Source: Polyangiaceae bacterium (GTDB lineage: Bacteria; Myxococcota_A; Polyangia; Polyangiales; Polyangiaceae). Taken from it: 64,000 bases of DNA. Numbering within the stretch: the stretch's first letter is position 1; every line of letters starts with the position of its first letter. The notes under the pieces are model-generated. The model was given only the letters and a program-made list of their open reading frames with translations, searched no databases and was not told the DNA's origin. The stretch lies in assembly GCA_044376115.1 (NCBI GenBank), contig JBILLK010000005.1:288001-352000 (forward strand), written 5' to 3'. Of this stretch, positions 56,775-64,000 are shown one piece after another. Made by a program: the position numbers and the translations under genes.

Positions 56775-56874
56775 GGGTGCCTTCCCCCGCCGTCATGCGC
56801 TCGACTAGGCGCCGATTGCGCGTGGCTGGTCTCGAGACAAGCGGCACGCCGAGCAGGCTCGATAAGTGGGAGCG

Positions 56875-57903
56875 TCAATAATTTGATGCCCACTGTGTTT
56901 CGTACCCAAAGCTGCCGGGCAGATCGTCCACGGGCTGACCATCACGAGCGAGTCTTGAAGGGTCTGGCTCGACGAAGGTGGGCTCGTCGTAGACCAGCGA
57001 ACTCGATGCGTTGACCAACGCCTCATGCATCTCGCGAGCCGAAGCGAAGCGGTCATGCGGGTTCTTGGCCAACGCTTGTTGCAGCACCTGCTCGAGCCGG
57101 CATGGCAGCTCGATGCGTAGTCGTTCCGAGATCGGCTTCGGTAGGCGCTTCTCATGCGCCGCACGCAACGCCGAAACCGATGCTCCAACGTCGTCGAAGG
57201 GGCCGCAGCCCGCTAGCAGCTCGTACAGCACGAGGCCCACCGCGTAGAGGTCGCTGCGCTCGTCCCCACCACTTTCTCCATGGCGCTCCGGCGCCATGCT
57301 TCGCGGGCTGCCCAACGTGAGCCCGACGCGGGTCATGCGGAGTTCATCGCGCGTGCGCCTGGCCAACCCAAAATCGAGCAGGACCACGCGACCTTGGGTC
57401 GTGAGAAACACGTTGTCCGGCTTGATATCGCGATGAACGAAGCCCGCGCGGTGCACCTCCTCCAGCGCGAGCAGCAGCTCGCCCACGATACGTACAGCGC
57501 CCTCCCGCGAGACGCCTCGGCTGGCGCAGAGGTCCTCTCCGACAAGCCGCTCCATGATGTAGTAGGGCCTCCCGTCCTCGAGCGTGCCGGAGTCATAGAC
57601 GGCGGGCATCCGCGGCGAGCTGAAGCTCGACAATACGCGCGCTTCGTTCTCGAGCCGCGCGGCTAGATCATGCCGGCTGCGGTGCTTGACGTGCAGCGCT
57701 TTGAGTACGCAGCGTCGGCCGAGCCGTTTGTGTTCGAGCTCGAACAGCTCGCCCATGCCGCCGCTCTTGAGCCGCCGTACGACCTCGAAGCTGCGCTGGA
57801 ATTGGCGACTCAACCAGGGCTCCGCGTTCCCTTCGAGAGACAGCTGCGGATGCAGTAGGTCGCGCGAGAGATACCTGCAGCGCGTGGCTACCCCGAGGTT
57901 CAT
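56875..57903 (-). CDS. Soluble Hanks-type Ser/Thr kinase
   Basis: SGGMG, VLK, HRDIKPDN, DFG, APE; ATG 57903 overlaps the upstream stop (ATGA). Confidence 0.9.
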   Translation of the reverse strand: MNLGVATRCRYLSRDLLHPQLSLEGNAEPWLSRQFQRSFEVVRRLKSGGMGELFELEHKRLGRRCVLKALHVKHRSRHDLAARLENEARVLSSFSSPRMPAVYDSGTLEDGRPYYIMERLVGEDLCASRGVSREGAVRIVGELLLALEEVHRAGFVHRDIKPDNVFLTTQGRVVLLDFGLARRTRDELRMTRVGLTLGSPRSMAPERHGESGGDERSDLYAVGLVLYELLAGCGPFDDVGASVSALRAAHEKRLPKPISERLRIELPCRLEQVLQQALAKNPHDRFASAREMHEALVNASSSLVYDEPTFVEPDPSRLARDGQPVDDLPGSFGYETQWASNY

Positions 57904-58706
57904 GATGCCCTCCGCAGTTGCACGAGCGCCTGGCTCATCTGCTCGCACGATTGAAAGCGGCGGCGCGGATCATCAGCGGTAGCCACCTCGAGCAACTCCG
58001 TCAGCCCAACGAGCCTCCGCTTGGCCTCTCTCGAGAGAGCTTCATACCTGTCCCGGAAGCGTTGGGACGGGCAACGGTGATCATGAAAACGCTCTGCCAC
58101 CAGCAGCTCAAACAGCAGTAGTCCAACGGCATAGAGATCCGTCCGCGCGTCGGTGGATGCGCCGAACAGTTGCTCCGGCGCAAAGTAGCTGGGCGTGCCG
58201 AGCACCATGCCTTCAGCGGTCAGCGGCGCTGAGAGATTGCGCGCGATCCCAAGGTCCAAGAGGATGGCGCGGTTGCGTTCAATTAGCTCGTGGTGCACAC
58301 GCCCGTAGAAGACGTTGGCGGGCTTCACATCGCGGTGGATGATGCCGGCCTTGTGCAGTTCCGCGAGGCCAGCGAGCAGCCCGAACGCGATGTGAAAAGC
58401 CGTTGCTCGCGGCATGGGACCACCGCGATCGAGGCAGGTGCGCAGCGATGCACCTTCGAGCAGCGGCATGACGAAGTGCCCATCGAACTCGTCGATGCTG
58501 GTGAAGGTCGGCACCAGGTTCTCGTGACGAAGTGCGCTCAGCACAGCGAACTCTCGAGCGAAGCGTGCGCTGGTCAGCTGATCCGCACCGGGTCGCAGCG
58601 CTTTGACCACGTTGCGTTCTCCCGCCGCGTTGACCACCTCGAGCAACCAGCAGTTGGCGCTCTGATCGATACAACGAACCACCTTCAGCGAACTGGACTC
58701 CGTCAT
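57900..58706 (-). CDS. Minimal Ser/Thr kinase lacking the Gly-rich loop
   Basis: VVK, HRDVKPAN, DLG, GTPSYFAPE; GAGG SD before ATG 58706. Confidence 0.88.
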   Translation of the reverse strand: MTESSSLKVVRCIDQSANCWLLEVVNAAGERNVVKALRPGADQLTSARFAREFAVLSALRHENLVPTFTSIDEFDGHFVMPLLEGASLRTCLDRGGPMPRATAFHIAFGLLAGLAELHKAGIIHRDVKPANVFYGRVHHELIERNRAILLDLGIARNLSAPLTAEGMVLGTPSYFAPEQLFGASTDARTDLYAVGLLLFELLVAERFHDHRCPSQRFRDRYEALSREAKRRLVGLTELLEVATADDPRRRFQSCEQMSQALVQLRRAS

Positions 58707-58832
58707 GACGAACACCTCGCTGGGATCTCGTCCACGGAGGGCTGCAGTTGTCCGGAGTCAGTCGAATTTTCTGTTCGGAATCAAGCCGCTGCACGCACGT
58801 GCATCAGCCGCTGCAGTCAGCGCTCAATCCGC

Positions 58833-60056
58833 TCAGTGGTACAAGAACCACTCCACACCTGGCTTGATCTCCATGTGGAAGTGATCGAAGTGCGCCGCAT
58901 CAAAGTTGGGCGTGAGCGTGTATGTGAACACTTCACTCTCGCGTGCTTCACACACGATCGCGTGGAGCTCCTTCGCAGCGTCAGTCTCCGGGATGGGAGC
59001 GTTTTCTCCGCAGGTACGCTCGCCGATTTTGCCTTGGAAATGTTGAGCGACGTTGAGCGACGTCCCGTCTGCCTTACGCAGAATGCCAACGTCAATCGCG
59101 AGGCCGGCTGGATGACGCGTACCTGGCGGCGCCCATTTGCCGTGGCCTAGATTGCCGCCCTTGGGCCCGATGGTGGTCTTGGCGGACTTGCCTGTTTTGC
59201 CGCCACTCTTGAGGCCGCGCACGCGCGAGGGAGGATGGGCCTGCTGAGGTTCACGGCTCTTGGCGTTGGGCCCTAGCTTGGCATTCTCCTGGCCAGCATG
59301 GTCCTCGCCTGCGTGGTCGTGGTCACAAGCGTGCAGGTCTTCCACGGCCGCATGCAATTCGGCTTTGCGCGCGAGCTCCTCACGCGCCGTGTCCTTGCGC
59401 TTTTCACTGGCAACTCGACGTGCGCCCTTGTTGGGCTTCTCGCCTTTGGCGAGCGTCTTGTTTGCAGGCTTGGCGGCGGCCGGCGTCTTCGACGATTTGC
59501 CGATGCGCACCGACTTGTCGTCATTCGACTTGGCCTTCGGGTCCTTCGCCTTTGGATCTTTCGACTTCAGCTTGGCTCGCTCCTGCTGCTTCTGCGAAGC
59601 GAGCATCGCCTTCTCTTCGGGCGAGCCGGGGGCAGGCATATTGGGCCGGTACATCGTGTAGTGCACGAGCTCCACGACATCATGGCGAGCGAGGATCACC
59701 GAGAAATCGTCGAGCGCTAGCGCCAGGCGCGCATCGAGGATCTCGAACATGCTGTCGGCGCGCTCGGCCTCCGGCAACGCGGAGTGAATGTGCACGCCGT
59801 TGAGCGCGCCCTCGAGCCGAATGGGCGCTCGAACGGTGCCGATCGCGTCCACGCGCCGATAACGAATGCCGCGGCGATCGAGCTCGGCGAGGGCCTCGTC
59901 GTTGGACATATTGGCGTATCGGTAGGCCGCCGATGCGATGACCTCCTCATGGGGAGGCGCCTCCGTGTAGGGCGACGCAGCTCGTGCGCTGGACGGAACA
60001 AGCATGCCCCAGGCGAGAGAAGCGGCGACGCCGAGCCAGCCGAGCTTGCTCCGCAT
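58833..60056 (-). CDS. Extensin-like family secreted protein with Lys-rich insertion
   Basis: Signal peptide (SARA), HYTMYR, RHPAGLAID, LTPNFDAAHFDHFHME. Confidence 0.82.
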   Translation of the reverse strand: MRSKLGWLGVAASLAWGMLVPSSARAASPYTEAPPHEEVIASAAYRYANMSNDEALAELDRRGIRYRRVDAIGTVRAPIRLEGALNGVHIHSALPEAERADSMFEILDARLALALDDFSVILARHDVVELVHYTMYRPNMPAPGSPEEKAMLASQKQQERAKLKSKDPKAKDPKAKSNDDKSVRIGKSSKTPAAAKPANKTLAKGEKPNKGARRVASEKRKDTAREELARKAELHAAVEDLHACDHDHAGEDHAGQENAKLGPNAKSREPQQAHPPSRVRGLKSGGKTGKSAKTTIGPKGGNLGHGKWAPPGTRHPAGLAIDVGILRKADGTSLNVAQHFQGKIGERTCGENAPIPETDAAKELHAIVCEARESEVFTYTLTPNFDAAHFDHFHMEIKPGVEWFLYH

Positions 60057-60235
60057 CAGTTCTTCCCTCGAAGGAAGGTCCGTTGTCCTCGCCCGTTTGC
60101 CAAGGTGAAGCCACCTTAGTTCGATCTTTTGCGAAGGCCAGAAAAGAACGAAAGTCGAGGCACATCCGTGCAGTGCTTTCCGTCCACTTCCAGCGCATGA
60201 CGTGAGCGCGGAGCACGAGTATCAGCTCGATCCCG

Positions 60236-60961
60236 ATGCCCGAAGCCAGCGAACCCCAGCCGACGATCGAGAGGGCGTCTCTTGGGCGTCTCGCGTCGAT
60301 CGCGCTCCTGGTGACGTTGCTGGTGACCACCGCGAGCTACGTCGTCCCGGGCGAATACTCAGCCATCGCGGTGGCAGCCGGGTTCTTGAGCGCGGTTTGG
60401 TATTTGGTGCTGCGTCACGAGGGCTCGGTGATTCGCGCGTACGGGCTCTCGCTCGGTGGGCTGCTCGAGCCCGAGCCGCTGGTGCCGCGGCGCTTGCTGA
60501 GGGAAGCACTTCGCGGCTTGCTGGTCGCCGCGTTCTTCTTGCTGCTGGTCGCCGTTCCCTTCTTCTTCGGCTTCAAACACTGGTTCCACCGCGGCTCCTT
60601 CGACATTGCGCGCATGTGGCCGAGCTACGACGCGGTGCTTGGCCAATTGCTCGTGATCGCATTTCCCGAAGAGGCGTTTTTTCGCGGCTATCTGCAGACG
60701 CAGCTCGATGCCCATTTTCCAAAAGAGGTGCGCATCTTGGGCCTACCGATCTCTTGGAGCATCGTGCTTACCTCGGCCGTGTTCGCCGTCGGTCACTTCC
60801 TGACCATCCCGGTACCCGCACGCCTTGCGGTGTTTTTTCCGTCGCTATTGTTCGGGGCGATTCGAAAACGTGAAGGTGGAATCGGCGCGTCGTTGGTCTT
60901 TCATGCGTTCTGCAACCTGCTGTCGGGTGCGGTGGCCTCAGGCTTTGCGGGGCCACGTTGA
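60236..60961 (+). CDS. CPBP (Rce1/Abi) intramembrane glutamic protease, myxosortase-like
   Basis: PEEAFFRGYLQ, FAVGH, RLAVFFPSLLFG, FHAFCN motifs. Confidence 0.85.
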   Translation: MPEASEPQPTIERASLGRLASIALLVTLLVTTASYVVPGEYSAIAVAAGFLSAVWYLVLRHEGSVIRAYGLSLGGLLEPEPLVPRRLLREALRGLLVAAFFLLLVAVPFFFGFKHWFHRGSFDIARMWPSYDAVLGQLLVIAFPEEAFFRGYLQTQLDAHFPKEVRILGLPISWSIVLTSAVFAVGHFLTIPVPARLAVFFPSLLFGAIRKREGGIGASLVFHAFCNLLSGAVASGFAGPR

Positions 60962-61614
60962 GTCGGCTGGCGCTCTTCGACATGGACCGAACGCTGCTCG
61001 AGAAAGAGACGGCCTCGCTCTATGTTCGCTATCAACGCGAGCAGGGTGAAGCGTCGCTCTACGATCTGCTGCGGACGATCGGCTGGGTCTTGCAGTACAC
61101 CGCCGGGGTGATCGACATCGACAAGGTCGCGCGCCGCGCGCTCGCGCCGTTGCGTGGCTCGCCGGAGTCGGAGCTGACGCGCAAATGCGAAGCGTGGTTT
61201 CCAAGCTACGTGCAGAAATACGTGAGCGCGGGTGGTCGCAGTCGGGTGCGTGAGCATTTGGAGCGGGGAGACGTGGTGGCCATCGTTACCGGCGCTTCGG
61301 TCTATGCATCGCGACCGCTCGCTCGCTTGCTCCAGATTCCGCACATTGTTTCGACGGTGTTTGAGGTCGATGCGCAGGGCTTGTTTACCGGCCTGCCCGA
61401 GGAGCCGCTGTGCTTTCGTGAGGGCAAGCTCGAGCGCGCGCGCGCCTTCGCTGAGCGCATGGGTCATTCGTTGGACGAGGCCGTCTTCTACAGCGACAGC
61501 ATTACGGATCTGCCGCTCTTGGCGGCCGTGAAGGAGGCTGTGGCCGTGAATCCAGATCGCCGGCTCGCGCAGGAAGCCAAACGTCGCGGTTGGCCGATCG
61601 AACGTTGGTACTAA
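60958..61614 (+). CDS. HAD-IB family hydrolase (SerB-like)
   Basis: FDMDRTL, IVTGA, GK, YSDSITDLPLL, VNPD; TTGA overlap with the CPBP gene. Confidence 0.92.
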   Translation: MSRLALFDMDRTLLEKETASLYVRYQREQGEASLYDLLRTIGWVLQYTAGVIDIDKVARRALAPLRGSPESELTRKCEAWFPSYVQKYVSAGGRSRVREHLERGDVVAIVTGASVYASRPLARLLQIPHIVSTVFEVDAQGLFTGLPEEPLCFREGKLERARAFAERMGHSLDEAVFYSDSITDLPLLAAVKEAVAVNPDRRLAQEAKRRGWPIERWY

Positions 61615-61651
61615 TCCCAACGAGCCCGCTAGGCTTGGGTTGGAGGCTGAC

Positions 61652-62836
61652 TTGAAGAAGCTTACGACCCTGTTCGCATCCGTTCTTGCGCTGACCGTGG
61701 CTTGCGGTGATGAGGCGTCCTCGAGTGGTTCGACCGATGGGGGCGGTGGCAGCGGTGCCGCCGGACCTTCCGGACCTGGGCCCGGCCCGGGAGGCAGTGA
61801 AGGGACGGGGGGCGTACCCAACCCGCTGACCGATCCCGAGGATGGTCCGCCTGCGGGCAATCCAAACCCCGAGGCGAGCTGCGCTGTTCCCGCCGAAGGT
61901 CAGCTGGCCGATGTGTCGAGCCCGCGCACCGTCGTCGGTGATGGCACTCCAGCTTCATGCACTTCCGAAGCGGTGATCCTCGCGGTCGCGGCAGGCGGCG
62001 TCATTACCTTCGACTGTGGGCCGGATCCGGTGGTGATCACTCTGCAAGAGACCGCGAAGATCTTCAACGACACCGGCCCGGAGATCGTGATCGACGGTGG
62101 TGGGCTGGTCACGTTGAGCGGTGCTGGCGCACGCCGCATCCTGTACATGAACACCTGCGATGAGGCGCAGCACTGGACCACCGCGCAATGCGACAACCAG
62201 GATCATCCGCGGCTTACGTTGCAGAACCTCACGTTCGTGGACGGTAACTCCAAGTCGGAAACCGAGTTCGACGGCGGGGGCGCTGTGTGGGTGCGCGGTG
62301 GCCGTCTCAAGGTCATCAACTCGCGCTTCTTCAACAACGTTTGTGCAGATGATGGGCCCGATGTTGGTGGGGCCGGCTTGCGCGTCTTCAGCCAGTACAA
62401 CGGCCTACCGGTCTACGTCGTCAACACCACCTTCGGCGGCGCCGAGGGCTACGGCAACGCCTGCTCGAACGGCGGTGGGCTAAGCAGCATTGGCGTCTCC
62501 TGGTCGATCTACAACAGCCTCTTTTCGCACAACCAGGCGATTGGTTCGGGCGGCAACCCAGCCCAGGCAGGCACGCCAGGCGGTGGCAGCGGCGGCGCTA
62601 TCTACAACGACGGTAACGAGATGACCCTTTCGCTCTGTGGCACCCGCATCGAGCACAACGAGGTCGTCCAGCACGGCAGCGCGATCTTCTTCGTCAGCAA
62701 CAATCACGCGGGGGATATCCGCATCGATCGCTCGGTGATCAGCAACAATGTCGGCGGGAGCTGGTACCCAACCTACCCCCAGATCTCCGGCCACGATGAC
62801 ACGCCCATCGTGGTGACGGACTCGACAATCGAGTGA
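61652..62836 (+). CDS. Lipoprotein with pectin-lyase-like/polymorphic-repeat beta-helix
   Basis: GGAGG SD before TTG 61652, TVAC lipobox, GGAVW / FFNN / GGAIY / FSHN repeats. Confidence 0.82.
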   Translation: MKKLTTLFASVLALTVACGDEASSSGSTDGGGGSGAAGPSGPGPGPGGSEGTGGVPNPLTDPEDGPPAGNPNPEASCAVPAEGQLADVSSPRTVVGDGTPASCTSEAVILAVAAGGVITFDCGPDPVVITLQETAKIFNDTGPEIVIDGGGLVTLSGAGARRILYMNTCDEAQHWTTAQCDNQDHPRLTLQNLTFVDGNSKSETEFDGGGAVWVRGGRLKVINSRFFNNVCADDGPDVGGAGLRVFSQYNGLPVYVVNTTFGGAEGYGNACSNGGGLSSIGVSWSIYNSLFSHNQAIGSGGNPAQAGTPGGGSGGAIYNDGNEMTLSLCGTRIEHNEVVQHGSAIFFVSNNHAGDIRIDRSVISNNVGGSWYPTYPQISGHDDTPIVVTDSTIE

Positions 62837-62866
62837 TGTCCTTACGAAATTAGGGACGTAACGCAT

Positions 62867-62886
62867 TTGTCACGCTATTGTGACAA
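62867..62886. promoter_or_regulatory. Palindromic operator candidate
   Basis: TTGTCAC-N6-GTGACAA perfect inverted repeat in an AT-richer intergenic gap. Confidence 0.45.
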
Positions 62887-62890
62887 TCGA

Positions 62891-64000
62891 GTGGTAGCCG
62901 CGTCCCCAACCCAGCCACAGCCGATCGATGCCGGCGCGCCCAGCTCTTTGGCGCCGTCGGTCCGAGCGCGTTTGACGGAAGGTGCTCCTGCTCCTGCGCA
63001 TCCGCTGGAGCTGAAGCGAGGTCGCGGTAAGGGCGCACGGCCCACGGTTCACGTGGTCGCCGCCGCCGACGAGCCCTCTGCCAGTGAGTGGGGTTCTTTA
63101 CTCAGCGATCTATCGCGCGCCGCTTCCGGTCCGAGCGAGGTGGAGTGGCGTGTTCACGACAAGACGCACCTCGAGTTCGCCATCGACTACCCGTTCGAGT
63201 TGAACGAGAAGCGCGCTTACACCTGGGAGGCTTTCTTCTTCGTCCCGGAGAGCTTTCGACTGCAGCAGACCACCTACGACAAGAAGCAAATCTACGACGA
63301 CTTGCTCAGCTATGTCCGTCTTGCGATTCCCGAGGTTGCCTTCGATACGATCGCCGAGGCTTGCAGCGCGCATCGCTGTGACAGCGAGGCGGTGGGCAAA
63401 TTGCGCAGCAGCATCCGAGCTGCTTGCGGCGCATATGATGCCGACGCCGCTTCCAAGAACGCGGTTCGTCGGCTGCGCGTGTTCGCCTGCGTGGTGCGCT
63501 CATCGGGCCTCGCGGCGCAGCGTCGAATGCTCGCCATCCTCGAGGACCCTACCTCGGGCGCGGAGGCGGCGCGCGCCGTGCTGGCCTTCCTCAACCTCGC
63601 GCAGCAGACCTCTGCTGGTTACCGGGCGCTGGTCCTCGACGCCGAAGCGTGGGAGCTGCCTTCGGAGGTGCGAGTTGCGCTGCGTTGGGTCGATGAAGAT
63701 CTGTCGCTCTTTCTGGAGACGCTGCACGCCACGGCCAGCGTGCGCCTACAACAGCGGTCAAACGACGCAGGCCAGCCCAACGAGCTGGCGGCGCGTCTCG
63801 CGGCTGATGCCGTCGCCGAGGCGAGATATCGACGCGATCGAAGCTACCCCTCGGTCGGATCGGACGCCGCTACCGGGCGGGACATCGAGCACATCGAGTT
63901 TCGGCGCCACGTGCTCAAGCGCTTCACCTCGAGCGTGCTCTGGCTGAAGCACGAAGTGCGAGACCGCAGCTCGTGGGTGATGCACACGCTCTATGCCTTT
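62891..64000 (+). CDS. Conserved hypothetical protein (3' end runs off the window)
   Basis: Not in the ORF track. Open frame: ...RVHDKTHLEFAIDY...FFFVPESFRLQQTTYDKKQIYDDLLSYVRL...VDEDLSL...EARYRRDRSY...FRRHVLKRFTSSVLWL. Start is GTG 62891 or 63053. Confidence 0.8.
   Translation, partial: MVAASPTQPQPIDAGAPSSLAPSVRARLTEGAPAPAHPLELKRGRGKGARPTVHVVAAADEPSASEWGSLLSDLSRAASGPSEVEWRVHDKTHLEFAIDYPFELNEKRAYTWEAFFFVPESFRLQQTTYDKKQIYDDLLSYVRLAIPEVAFDTIAEACSAHRCDSEAVGKLRSSIRAACGAYDADAASKNAVRRLRVFACVVRSSGLAAQRRMLAILEDPTSGAEAARAVLAFLNLAQQTSAGYRALVLDAEAWELPSEVRVALRWVDEDLSLFLETLHATASVRLQQRSNDAGQPNELAARLAADAVAEARYRRDRSYPSVGSDAATGRDIEHIEFRRHVLKRFTSSVLWLKHEVRDRSSWVMHTLYAF

Noticed and set aside
62834..62890. Selenocysteine or stop readthrough joining 61652-62836 to the downstream in-frame ORF (hairpin follows the TGA)
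   Set aside because: The two proteins look unrelated and complete, there is no redox-motif context for Sec, and in-frame adjacency is common in GC-rich DNA.

Overview
GC-rich (roughly two-thirds GC by eye) chromosomal window, almost certainly from a myxobacterium of the Polyangiaceae/Sorangiineae type. Evidence: four Hanks-type Ser/Thr kinases, a TPR/PEGA protein, about 17 predicted lipoproteins (many with Gly/Ser-rich tethers), a myxosortase-like CPBP protease and a MYXO-CTERM-like tail. About 50 CDSs. Housekeeping genes: rlmI-like, sthA, aroE, upp, PPi-type pfk, msrB-msrA fusion, dnaK. Most of the rest encodes secreted or surface proteins: an Arg-gingipain-like C25 protease, a 1428-aa Zn-metalloprotease lipoprotein, a beta-propeller di-heme cytochrome c, a cbEGF-repeat lipoprotein and an extensin-like protein. 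I saw no rRNA, tRNA, CRISPR array, transposase, integrase or reverse transcriptase. Best candidates for undescribed biology: (1) a di-heme enzyme coupled to a small secreted protein carrying an unnamed Trp/Cys domain that recurs twice in another lipoprotein 14 kb away; (2) a gingipain apparently re-routed to MYXO-CTERM anchoring; (3) a lower-GC islet with an orphan DUF3396 immunity gene preceded by an unlisted 54-aa ORF; (4) a V4R-like protein coupled to a huge acidic disordered protein; (5) a kinase-kinase-TM-PEGA-lipoprotein cassette that looks like a split receptor. All family assignments come from motif recognition, not database searches.
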